NCBI GenBank assembly: GCA_052327205.1
Contig: CM126226.1
Location: 48,422,001-48,486,000, forward strand
Direction: 5' to 3'
Length of the DNA stretch: 64,000 bases
DNA from: Somniosus microcephalus
Lineage: Eukaryota
The translations under genes and the position numbers were made by a program. Positions 27,004 to 39,047 of this stretch are shown here, piece after piece. Within the stretch, counting starts at the first letter, position 1. The number at the start of each line of letters is the position of its first letter. Under the pieces are notes generated by a model that had not been told where the DNA came from, did not search any database, and saw nothing but the letters and a program-made list of their open reading frames with translations.

Positions 27004-28459
27004 ACTCCCTCAATACTGTTCTGAAGTATCAGTTTACATTTCATGCTCAAGTCTCTGGAGTGGGGCTTGAATCCATGAACTCTGCCTCGGAGGCAAGAGA
27101 GCTACTGGTGAGTTAAGGCTGACATTTAAAGTAGATATAGTCGCCATGGAGCTAGCTGGTACTACCACATATATTCATCAGGCTGTATAGTTTAACAATG
27201 CAACATCATATTTCACCAAAGCCAGTATCATGGGCTGATGGGCAACCAAGAATGATAACATGCAATATGCAATTTTGCACAGAACAGGACAGTTAAAAAA
27301 ATTCATGCAATGTTAAGCCAACTCCACTCACTTAAAACAATGGATATAGTGTACTGCACAGGTAGGTTATGACATGTGCAATAATGTTAGGCCTGACACA
27401 GATTATTAGTCAGGGCAGCTATGTAGCAGTCCACATTACATTAAAGAAAGTACTATGCACTTTATAAAACACTGTTTATGTACTGCATGTTTCAGTGGAT
27501 ACTTACTACTTCAACAGAACAGAGTTGAATGACTTAGTTATAAATCTGGAGGAAACAGTGTCGATGTGAGGCTCGGTTCATGACAACAGCTACACTCGTT
27601 TAGCCTTGGATTCCAACATGCTACAATAAAGGATTGAAACAACTTGGCTTAAGTGTTCTGCCCTTTAGCATTTATGTTCTCTGTGCACTGCTGGGGGGGA
27701 AAGCTCTCCATATTTTAGAGAGATAGAAATTATACTCTACAGGCTGAATGCAGATTAATATATTTTTAAAAAATAAAACAATGCTACAGCACTCCCTAAT
27801 ATAAAACTAAATGCAACCTTTAGCGCCTATTGGAGGCATAGAAAGGCTGTCTCCAATCTCGGAAACAACTAAACTAATGTAGATTACATCCTTTTGGGAT
27901 TTATAATGAAGCAGCAACAAATTTTGTTTTCTGTGTATTATAATTTGCTATGTGAAAAACATAAGACACTGATTTAATCCAAGATCGTATTTACAGAATT
28001 AAAAGAAAATCAATAAGGTATGTTTAATAACAAAATCTGCTGATAAAAATATCCAGTTACTTCTATTACACTGCCTCATTACCTATCAATTAAACACAGC
28101 TAAAATGAAACCCTCGCACACTCCCATCTGAGAACACAATCTAAATTCAAGTCTTCACCTAAGAAAACACTGAACAGAAGAATAATGCTGGTGTCAAGTA
28201 AAAAGGGTAAAGTAATTACCATTATCAAAAACCACATTCGTGATTCAACTTACAAGTAGAAAAACAAGAGCAATACATGATGGATTTTTTTAAAAATTAA
28301 AAGATAAAAAAATATGCGCAAGGAGAATGTTTACATAGAAAAATTACTGAAGACAATCTATTTATGCAATTGCAAGAAAAACAATCACAATGTGTGTTCA
28401 TTTTTTAAGACTTCAGTAAGAAGTAACCTAAAATTAGATACATTTCATGTGGACAACCA

Positions 28460-28699
28460 CCTTAATCAGGGTTATGAATCTTTGGAATGCTCTACCCCAA
28501 AGGGCTGTGAATGCTGAATTGTTGAGCATATTCAAGGCCAAGATAGATAGATTTTTGGACTCTAGGGGTATCGAGGGATATGGGGAGAAGGCAGGAAAGT
28601 GGAGTTGAGGTCGATGATCAGCGATGATCTTATTGAATGGCGGAGCAGGCTCGAGGGGCCGTATGGCCGACTCCTGCTCCTAATTCTTATGTTCTTACG
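28460..28699 (+). mobile_element. Short CR1 3' end
   Basis: gaatctttggaatgctctaccccaaagggctgtg...gaatggcggagcaggctcgaggggccgtatggccgactcctgctcc + (TTCTTATG)n. Confidence 0.85.
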
Positions 28700-28724
28700 T
28701 TCTTAATCCCAGCACTTCAAAAAA

Positions 28725-29620
28725 AAAGAGATGGCTTCCTAAAGCATGCAGACCAGGAAACTCAGGTTCAATTCTCTGGCCATAACAGAGTTAGCTGGCT
28801 TTACCCAGCAGCATTGGAGGCATGCCACCTTATTTGTCCTCTGTGACCCAGACTAAGGAAGGCGATGGTGGCGTTAAGTGAGCAACACCCAGGACTCCTG
28901 CTAATGATCACAATCCACTGAATCCTGCTACAAAGACCGCATGTGGCTCTCAAGTGAGGACAGCACTGGGGTTTGGCTGTGATGCTTCCCATAGATGAGC
29001 AGCCTGTTGGCATACTCGGTCTCTGGCCTCAACATGATGAATGGCTGCTTGGACAAGGAACCAGAGCTGCTGGCTCTTGTGGAACTACACCTCAGTAGAA
29101 ATCGCCATCTTCACGAAAGGAAGGGAAAAGGGGGAGAAGATTAGAAATAATGAGAAGAGAGAAAATGCAAACATAAAACCCATCTTCAGAGGTCCCTCAA
29201 TGGTTCAGCTAACTAGTTATGGTTATAAGTAATTGAGCCACACAGATCAGACAGGTCTCCGATTCCAACCCCATTCTGTGCTACAGGTACAATTGTGGTC
29301 GTCAGCCAAGGTGTCAGTAGGATTGCTGTAAATTTGACTCAACAGTCAGGGGGAAACCAGATAGGGTTCCCGTTCCTGATCACTAGCCAGTGACCCCCCC
29401 TGCTGAAAGTGCATGTTTGCTTGTAAGAGTGTCAGGTGGGCTTTGCTGTGGTCATCCAGTGGCAGGCTAGCCTGCCAAAAAATGCAACACTAAAAAATGA
29501 AGAGCAGCCACTAGGGGTGGCATACCAGAGAATGACTGCCATCTATGGAATGTTATCTCAGGAAGGAGCTTCAGGGTAGATGGAAGGGTAAAAAAAATTG
29601 GTAGAAAAAAGGAAAAAGTT
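28725..29620 (+). mobile_element. Two adjacent old SINEs (family A): ~28725-29170 and ~29190-29620
   Basis: Both show caggttcaattc/gattccaacc head, tgatcac.atccag/ctgaa.cctgct core, ggctgtgatg, agcctg, aatggctg/gcagccac and purine-rich tail. Confidence 0.6.
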
Positions 29621-31194
29621 ACTGTTAAATTATTATTTTTAACTGGTCATTTATGACGGGTGTTTAGTGTTGATTGGAACTGTTACACAAGGATCTGGAC
29701 AAAACACCTGCCCACTGTAGCTTCTAAAACACAATATCAACAAGTTAATGCTGAAGAGTTTTACACATGTTCACTGCACTGATCAGGTTTTGAAAATGCT
29801 GATTCAAATCTGAACTTAAATCAATTTTACACACAATTTTTTGATAGAATGTAAATGAAACTGACGTATTTTACTCAAAACTATATCGAAGAATAACTGT
29901 TACTAGAAAGGCTACATTAGATTGTGTACGTGTACATTATAGGTTTTGCTTCTAGAGCTTAAAATACATTAAAAATAAAAATGTTTCAACTGCCTCCAAT
30001 TTTCTTAGTTTTCAACTGAATCGTCTGAATACTGCTAGCAGGATTATAAACACAAAATAAATGGTTATTAAATCTGAAAAGTTGACAGTGAGTTCAGCTG
30101 TAATATGCAGTAATTTTGCAGATATTGTAGTTATGTTTGCAGGGACAGCTGTTCTCTTTTTACTTAATCGAATTACAGGCATGATCAGCAGGAGCTTATT
30201 GTAAATAACTGTCTCAAACAGGTGAAATGTAACAAGAAACACACGTATAAAAACGAGTAATTTATTGTTTCTCTGAAGGCTCTTTACACATCTCAATTGT
30301 AACTGCGAGAGCAAATAAATCTTATTGCGGAACAGCGGGGGGTATAAAAACCTGAGATCATGCTCTCAGAACTATTTATTGTACATTTAAAAACAATTAG
30401 CGCAGAGAAAAAAAGTGAACGCTTCCATTGCCCATCATTAATGCTTTAAGTCGATGCGAAAGATCATATTTCACAATATCATTAAACTTACCTGTAGAAT
30501 TGTGTTTCATGCTTTTGAATCTCATCCCGTTTGCCTGGAGGCCTCCATCTCAGAAAATCATGGGGCTATAAGTTTGCAGCTGAATCACGTTAGAGCGGCT
30601 TTTGGTGGGCTTTCTGGCCCATTTTTAAAATCCTTTTAACAGTAGGCTATCACGTACGTGCGATCACTGATCCACACGCACACCACTGTGGCATGTTTTC
30701 TTTTGGGGTATTTCAAGTTTCTTATTTTCAGCTTTCAGACATGTTTTTGTTTCCTTTTGTTTTCTCTGTAGACATGGCAGGAAACAGTCATCCAAACACC
30801 TAATCGGGCATGAGCAACCTTTGACGCCAAAGTTCTAAACCTATTTCATTGAGGGCCAATTTCCTCTTTACTATTTTATCGTTCCTGGGAGAATTCTCTT
30901 AAGGTATGTTGCACAGTTTTACTCTGGTTTTCTATGTCTTTTATATGAAACATACTTTAGGGTTAAGGCACGGAAGTCTCTTACAAACTTGTTTCCAAAT
31001 TCTCTCAGTTGGGATGTGCACCTCTCTCCGGTTTCCACACCACCACCTTCCCCCCACCCCTTCCTTCCAACAGCAGACTCACTCACCGGCAGTAATGTTC
31101 AGGGGATCTGCTAGTACAACAGAAAAGGGTTGATCAAAACAACCAGTTAACACATTACTAGAGGTTTTATTCTTTTGATTTACTGGTTTACTAT

Positions 31195-31345
31195 CAGGTG
31201 ATTAATTGGACTCTTGGGGAATCGAGGGATATGGGGATCGGGCGGGAAAGTGGAGTTGAGGTCTAAGATCAGCCGTGATCTTATTGAATGGCGGAGCAGG
31301 CTGGAGGGGTGTATGGCCGACTCCTGCTCCTAATTCTTATGTTCC
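31195..31345 (+). mobile_element. CR1 3'UTR fragment
   Basis: gggatatggggatcgggcgggaaagtggagttgagg..gaatggcggagcagg..ctcctgctcctaattcttatgttc. Confidence 0.85.
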
Positions 31346-32297
31346 AACACTTGCAAAATACTATAATATCATTGTGATTCTTATCAAGATAGTTTAAAAA
31401 AAATAGGAACCAGTATTTCAGGCTCAGGGATTTACCATTTATTATTCTTTTCAATAAAGTATTTCACAGAATCAAAAGCTATAGTACGAAGATGTCCATT
31501 AGTAAAACTGATGTAATGCACAACTTGGTACAATGCACCTCCCACATATGTTTTTTCAACAGATTAGTTTCAGCCTCATGAAAATTCTTACTGCCTCACA
31601 AAAATAGTTTTCCATTATCCCCAGCATCAAAAGAAACAAGAACTAAATACTGTGAACAGAGGTCAATTCCACAATACTCAGATGAGTACAGAACTGGAAT
31701 CCTCAGGGGCTTCCAGAGATACTGTTATCGTAAATGCACACGCCAACATTTAATAGAATTCTTTCAGTCAACTTACTAATAATGTATAGATAATAGGATT
31801 TTATAAAGATTTCTCAATCCCTATTTAAAAATATAATTTGATGGAACTACTCACAACCATCCACAAACAATAGGTTACATATTATCTGAAGTAGTCAGCA
31901 GACATTTATTAGCTGTTTTTCATGTCATCATAGCTTCAGGTCACAAGTTACTCAGTATATTGGTCAGTATATTTAAATATTAATACCCGACTTTTATAAG
32001 TCTAATTTTGTTTTCGTAAAATTATTTTAAGAGACTATTGAAAATAAATTTGCAGAGATATAAGGGCTGGAAAGCAAATATAAGCATGAAATGGTGGAAA
32101 TACCAAGCAAGTCATGCAGCATCAGCTAGAGAAGGCAGGTTAACATTTCTCAAACATCAAGGTATCCTTCAACTTCTGAAGCCAGTTATACTACAGACCA
32201 ATGCTTATCGAGTGCAACCAGCAGATTCTGTTCATACTGCTAGCTCCCGAGTTACTCGCTGCCTACTGCCTTTCAAATGCTAGTTAACTTTTACCAA

Positions 32298-32412
32298 CGG
32301 TTCAAGGAGGCGGCTCACCACCACCTTCTCGAGGGCAATTAGGGATGGGCAATAAATGCTGGCCTTGCCAGTGAAACCCACATCCCATGAATGAATGAAT
32401 GGATTAAAAAAA
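32298..32412 (+). mobile_element. 3' tail of CR1-group LINE or its partner SINE
   Basis: cggttcaaggaggcggctcaccaccaccttctcgagggcaattagggatgggcaataaatgctggcc...(AATG)n. Confidence 0.8.
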
Positions 32413-34240
32413 TGTTGGGAGAGAGTCAAAGGCACGCTGGGCTCTCTGTAGTCCCACGCCGCTCGTCACGGTGCAGAAAGGGAGCTGGTTGATCTGACCC
32501 AATCAAGCCATACGACTGGTTTTATATTGAGGCACAACTTTGCATCGGATACAAAACTGGCAGTACAACTGGTCAAATCAATTTAATCCTTGCTCTGTGA
32601 CAAGTTAGCTGATACTAACGGGGCAGAAAAAGGGATAAGGCACAAAGGTAGTGCAAATTTTAACATTCGATTTAAGAAAAAAAAATAACCCGAGTTATCA
32701 GATGCTGACTTATCTACTGTGCATTTCCAATATTTTGTCTTTTAAAAGCAAATGATGATGATTTTGGAAAAGATTCCCAGCTCTTCACTCCAGGTTCCTC
32801 TAACCAATTGCAGACCGGGCCTCCTAATTAAAACTGAAATGCTACATTTCAATTCAACACGGAGTCTTTTTCCAGATGTCTTAAAGTGCTGTTAATGTCA
32901 TAATGCATTTATTTTTCCAAGATTTCTACTTTCCAGCAAACCTCCTCCCTTATGGTTCAATATATGAACCAAGTCAGATCCACAAGAACATCCGCTCCCT
33001 TAAAAAACAGAACAGAAACTTTCCACTTCTCTCAAGCCTTCCTTGCGATAACCTTGTTTTAATTAGAAAGAGCCTGTGAAATGTTTTCCACATGCACAGC
33101 TTTCCTATGTAGAATGTCTCCTTGGGCAGTGGCAACAGTTTTATGGTTAATGTTTTAATCTGGCAATGTAAAGGAAGGTTATTAATATTAGTTTCTGTTA
33201 TTCATCCCTTTTAAAACTGAATAGCTCTAAAATTTTAATGAAGTTCATGACATATTGTCCTCAATAATTTGCTCTATATATAAAGGCGACAATAACACTT
33301 GTATGAAGATATGCCCTATTCAGGCTTACAGTTTTCAGCTTCATTCATTTACTGTAGTGCTGACTATTGTAAGTTTTTTTAATGCATGCATGCATCAGAA
33401 ATTTCTCAGAATTTCCCCCCTCTTCTTCCCCCAGACATTTAGTAATATAACCCACTTCAGCTGCAACAGTGGCACGCTCTGAGCCTGGGAATACGCCAAA
33501 CCCATCATCAATGCCACTTCAATTCTGTCACTGTGATTTCAGCAAAACGCAATGGCAGGTATGTGAAAGTTTTGAACTGCAAAAAAACACTTAACAGGAA
33601 AATTCTAGTTTCTGTCCTTCCAAACTTGGGTCATGCCTGGAAAGAGCATTTTGATCTGCGTAACACTAGGATAAAATACAAGTGTTAACAGGCTTTCCAC
33701 TAGTGATTGTAATGGTGGGAGCAATTTGAGGTGATGAATTAACAGTACTACAGAAGAAACAAATTGTACAATAAAAACATATCGCTCGATTCCTACTTCC
33801 TTTCCCCCCCCCCCACCTTTGTGAAGATAAACCTTGTAAAAACACTGCACTGCATGAACGATCAAGCCTTTGCTTACAACGAAGGAAAACCATGACACTT
33901 CTGCCCTCTTCCCCAATAGGCTACATGTCCTGCCAAAGCAAAACACTCAACACACATCTCGCGACTTGAGTGAGAACTGATGAAACTCAATCAGCTGCAG
34001 GAATAAGCAAGGTAGCCATGGGAATTAAACCTCAGGACATCTGGTTGGATGGCAGATACAGTGCTCTCTCAGTTACCAGGCAACTCTCAATGAAACATAA
34101 AATGAAATATTAGTCAATGTACTCAATTAAATGTTTATTTTACAACCATTACACCCTCGCCTTCTGGAGGTCTCTTCCTAAACTTCTCCACCTTGCTGCC
34201 GCTTTCCTGAATTTCAGAAGTCTCCTAAACACTTAACTCT

Positions 34241-34343
34241 AACAATAGCAAAATACTGCGGGTGCTGGAAATCTGAAATAACAACAGAAAATGCTAGAAA
34301 CACTCAGCAGGCCAGGCAGCATCCCGTGGAGAGAGAAACAGAG
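34241..34343 (-). mobile_element. Penelope-like terminal repeat fragment
   Basis: caatagcaaaatactgcgggtgctggaaatctgaaataacaacagaaaatgct..ctcagcaggccaggcagcatc, nearly identical to 54221-54315. Confidence 0.8.
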
Positions 34344-34881
34344 AGAAGCTCTTTAATGTAGTTTTGATGCGCCTCTCCCGCTAATGCTGTCACTTTCTGC
34401 TCAGCGTTCATCTCTCCCTCTGTAAAGTACATTCCTTTAGTTGAGAAGTGCTAGATCAGTGTAAATTGTACTTTTGAACAAGCTTATCACCATCTAAAAT
34501 CAATCCAATTTCACTTGGCCCAAAAGAAACTCAATACTGGGGATCTTCCTTAGGTGACAGCAACAGATATAAACCTTAAAAACATGCATTAAGTTTAAGC
34601 AAGTTTCTAAGGCCCCATGAAAGAGAGACGTTAACAGATTTCAAACCGAATCCAAACATTAAGAGCTGGAGTTCTCGCTTTACACAAAGGTTGAAATAAT
34701 GATAAATTTCTCTCAATTTATCATCAAAAAAAAGACAGAGCAGTTGGAAAACAGTGGATAAATTTAAAACAGTCCCTGTACAGAATTACTGTCATCTTTA
34801 GAACTAGGATGATGCCCTTTAACTCTGACAAGCTTGCAACAGTTTATGGCAAAAATGGCATTGCTAAAAAGGACTTGAGTT

Positions 34882-34900
34882 TCGCTGCCCTCTAGTGGCA
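34882..34900 (-). promoter_or_regulatory. Candidate CTCF binding site
   Basis: Minus strand TGCCACTAGAGGGCAGCGA matches the CTCF core consensus CCASYAGRKGGCRS at all 14 positions, in unique sequence. Confidence 0.6.
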
Positions 34901-35707
34901 ACAACCATTTATTTCACTGTGAAGCTAAAGCACTCAAACAGCAGAACACTTAATCGCAAGCAAAGACATTTACTACTTTTAGGATAATAGCAGGCATCCA
35001 GTTATATATTTAGTCTAAAAGCATAGTGCCAAATTCAATAAAAAAATGTCCTCAAAGCACATCATCCAGCAACGATAGGAAACTTCAAAGGCTTTCAGTT
35101 TTCCCAGCAAGACACAAATGAAGAACTCATCCCCAGGCTGCTGCCAGTAAATCTTAGTCATGCATAATCTTGCTTATCCAGTTGCTGCTTCATATACTTA
35201 CGTAGTCATTATGTAGTCTAAACAAAATTTTAACGAGGGATTTTGCCACTACAGAATAACTCACCATGAAACGCAAAGCTATAGTGCATCCTCCCTGTAG
35301 ATTGGCTGAAGCTTTATGATCTTCTGCAAGAAATGTGGCTGCATTGACACTATAATTACTGTATACAGAGGTCTCAATTTATGCGGCGGTTTGAAGAAGA
35401 AAACATTGTTTTTGATTACTGAAGGCAGGAAGACTTAAAGATTACTACATTTTTGTTAATCGTTTCTAAATTAAGTCTCTTTGGGTGGGGAGAGGAAGCC
35501 ATAAGCAGCTCCTCAAAATATACATTAAAAAACAGGCAGTCGGTGCATGAAGTGGAAACTTAAATCCTGTATCAAACCTAGTAACATTAAACCTTCCCCT
35601 GTTGAATGATTGTGGACTAGCAAGTTGCAAACACTTTAAAGGATTAATGGGATTATGATGTGGATTTTTTTTTAATTTAGTGATCCAAGTGGGGTCTCAA
35701 TGTTTAG

Positions 35708-36161
35708 GAATAACAACAGAAAACGCTGGAAAAACTCAGCAGGCCAGGCAACATCCGTGGAGAGAGAAATAGAGTCAACGTTTCGGGTCGAAACCCTTCT
35801 ACAGAACTGAGAGAAAAGGCAGGAAATGAAACAAAAGGCAGTTTGGGGGCTGGGAAATGGGGGAGGGGATGAAAGAAGAGACATTAAGAGATATTCAAGG
35901 TGAGACGAGATGGTAATAGGACAGGTAAAGAAACAGACAATGGCTCTAGATGAAGTGTGAAATGCGCTGGCAGAGTGAGAGACAGCTGCCATGTGGGAGA
36001 GAGAAAAAGGAAAAGGCACAAACCAAAAGTGTGGATAAAAAATATAAAAATATAATAGGGGCCGAGGTTATGATCTGAAGTTGTTGAACTCGACATTGAG
36101 TCCGGAAGGCTGTAAAGTGCCTAATCGGAAGATGAGGTGCTGTTCCTCGAGTTTTGCTATC
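35708..36161 (-). mobile_element. 5'-truncated Penelope-like retroelement (GIY-YIG C-terminus + terminal repeat), 14-bp TSD
   Basis: Minus strand encodes KLEEQHLIFRLGTLQPSGLNVEFNNFRS* (PLE endonuclease C-terminus); TSD GTCTCAATGTTTAG at 35694-35707 and 36162-36175; hammerhead-like CTGTAGA-AGGGT-TTCG-ACCC-GAAACGTT. Confidence 0.88.
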
Positions 36162-36371
36162 GTCTCAATGTTTAGAAGTGGTTCTTACATATTGAATATT
36201 TTGGTAAAACAGGACGACCTCAATTTCCTCCAGTTCCTTCAGAGTGACTTAAAATAAAATCCCTCCAACTCAGACCAGAGATCTAAGCTATTGTTGGTGT
36301 CAAAACTTCATTGTGTTTTACATAACGTAGCTCCTCGGGGAAGACAGTCAGCCAGAACTACTGCAGGGCAT

Positions 36372-36510
36372 TTTTTTAATTATTTGTGAGTGGATTATGC
36401 TGCCAAGGCTCCATTTACTGGTCATCCCTAGTTGCCCGGAGATGTTGCCGATGGGCCTTCTTGAACCACTGTGCTGATGGTGGTCCCACAATGGTGTTAG
36501 GTAGGGAATC
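36372..36510 (-). mobile_element. 3' tail of CR1-group LINE
   Basis: catccctagttgccc..gggccttcttgaaccactg..tcccacaatggtgttagg is the reverse of the 8385-8484 tail. Confidence 0.65.
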
Positions 36511-38305
36511 ACCAACATAGGGTTTAACTACTCGCTCGTAACTGAGAACAGAAATATTTTACTTGATGTATATGCTTCTTAAAAATGTTAGTAAATGCGC
36601 TAGTGGTTTGTTAATTTGATTTTTGCAGCATATTTATTTAGACTTCATAAACTCGGGAGTGCAGATCCATTTTCTAGTTGTACTCTAATCCACTACCCAT
36701 TCTTCATTAAGCAGCAGGTCTCAAACTATCATTTCGTGCCAAATTGTTGCACACATGGTCCAAAGAATATAAAATGTAATTTCTTTAATCATGCTTACTG
36801 CTCAGTATTAATTCCTAACCGGATTGTACCTTGTTCTCATGGGCTCAGCACTATTGTGACCTCTACTACAGACTTTGACGAGAGAAATAAAAGAAGCCTT
36901 TGCAGTACAGTTCATCTAAATTAACAGTACAGATAAACTACATGCAGGTGTTGAGTAAATTAAACATACTCCAGATAACGGGATCATTTGTTTAAATAGC
37001 ATTTTCTTCATTTGAAGTTAAGATATCTTGACTGCTAGAGTTGGTTTGAGGGTTGGCAGGGGGAGGAGGGGAATAATAATTTGAACCAAATGTCTTCCTT
37101 AATAACACCCATACATGCAAAGAGTAATCACAAGAGCAAAACTATCTTTCACAAGGTGTGCCCTTCCATCATGGCCCCATCGCATGCAAAGTCTTGAAGG
37201 AGAAGAGAAACTGGTCATTAATCCTTTAAAGAAAAGAAAGCAACAAATTCTCACTAGTACCTCTACTGAGTACTTGGGTTCGAAATAACAAGGTTATCTC
37301 AAATCCTCTTGGCAATTGGAGGGTTTTAAGCCTCAATTGGGCAATTTAGGAACATGAGCGAAGCAAAACAGTGCAAACATTTTTCCACTTAACTTTTAAA
37401 GCAGCCAGCAGTTCTTAATTAAAACTGCGCCATTGTCATTCCAATATTTTAGTTTGCTCGAATTGCCAGCGACCAACTGGGGATCAATCATATTATTTAT
37501 GTACCAGCACAATATATGCATATTGTGCAATAGATTTGGTCAAAAATACAAGTGCCCTTAATTTTTTTAAACATTTATGATCTTTTAGCATCAGTCCTCT
37601 AAGTTAATGATTGTTCTCTGGTTTCAAACAGTAAATCTAAGCATCCATGATAAAAATTACAACCAAGATTGATGAGAATCTTGAATTTTACTGTGATTTC
37701 AAGGAACCGGTAACAATTAGAGTTGATGTTTCAAACAACTTGGAAAACTTAGTATCTTGGGGGCCAAAACAAACCTAAGTTGAAGCCCAACTGTTAAAAG
37801 TATGGCGGTCAATTTGCAATTTGAAAAGAAAACTCACACACTTGTTGGCTTGCCACACCAAGCAAGACAAGCACCCTCCTTTTTATCTGCGCATTCCTTA
37901 GATTGAGCTGCAGCAAACTATATGATTCTATAAATATAGAATAATGGACAGCTGCGGGTGCGATTGCTGGCCAGTAATCTAATCGAGTGGTTCAGGTGAC
38001 GTCATACACTAGGAGGGCAAAGCTCAGTAAGTTTACAACCCCTTCTATAAATAGAGATTAGATTCTGGTTTGGTATCTTATTTGATATACAGTTTCAGTT
38101 TTTAGTGGGGGCTTCGTTCTGTTTCTCTGGCGATTTCTGTGCTGGCAGCTGCTGATGGTTTGGACATCGCTGCTCAGCATATTCCAATCTGACATAACTT
38201 CTATATGGCCTGGCTGGCCAGTCACATACTGATTAGATATATACAGTACCTAACACTACCATAGAAGCAATATTACTGGACCTGTGATGACGAAAGACAT
38301 GATTA

Positions 38306-39047
38306 AACATAGAAACATAGAAAGATAGGAGCAGGAGTAGGCCATTCGGCCCCTCGAGCCTGCTCCGCCATTTAATGAGATCGTGGCTGATCATCCAAAT
38401 TCAGTACCCTGTCCCTGCTTTCTCCCCATATCCCTTTAGCCTTAAGAAATATAGCCAACTCCTTCTTGAATATATTTAATGAATTGGCCTCAACTGTCTT
38501 CTGTGGTAGAGAATTCCACAGGTTCACCACTCTCTGGGTGAAGAAATTCCTCCTCATCTCTGTCCTAAATGGCTTACCCCTTATCCTTAGACTGTGACCC
38601 CTGTTTCTGGACTCCCCTGCCATCGGGAACATCCTTCCTGCATCTAGTCTGTCTAGTCCTGTTAGAATTTTAGAAGTTTCAATGAGATCCCCTCTCATTC
38701 TTCTAAACTCTAGCGAATATAAGCCTAATCGACACAATCTCTCCTCATACGTCATTCCTGCCATCCCAGGTATCAGTCTGGTGAATCTTTGCTGCACTCT
38801 CTCCATGGCAAGAACATCCTTCCTCAGATAAGGCGACCAAAACTGCACACAATACTCAAGGTGCGGTCTCACCAAGGCCCTGTACAACTGCAGCAAGACA
38901 TCCTTGCTCCTGTACTCGAATCCTCTCGCTACGAAGGCCAACATTACCATTTGCCTTCTTAACCGCCTGCTGCACCTGCATGCTTACCTTCAGCGACTGG
39001 TGCACAAGGACACCCAGGTCTCGTTGCACTTCCCCTTTTCCCAATCT
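38306..39047 (-). mobile_element. CR1-clade LINE 3' fragment (young)
   Basis: ORFs 38372-38950 and 38856-39044: 'QRDLGVLVHQSLK..LYRALVRPHLEYCVQFWSPYLRKD..FFTQRVVNLWNSLP'. Confidence 0.95.

Larger units (their letters stand above)
25341..27125 (-). mobile_element. Deu-domain SINE split by nested insertions (CR1-group LINE 25683-26190, RTE 26312-27003)
   Basis: Tail at 25341-25447, body at 25545-25660 and 26230-26311, head at 27015-27125 (ggagtggggcttgaatcc); pieces are collinear on the minus strand. Confidence 0.72.

Noticed and set aside
2645-39047. Near-identical segments at 2645-3201 and 38306-38850 as a segmental duplication
   Set aside because: Identity is confined to CR1 sequence with different truncation points and unrelated flanks; these are independent insertions of one young subfamily.
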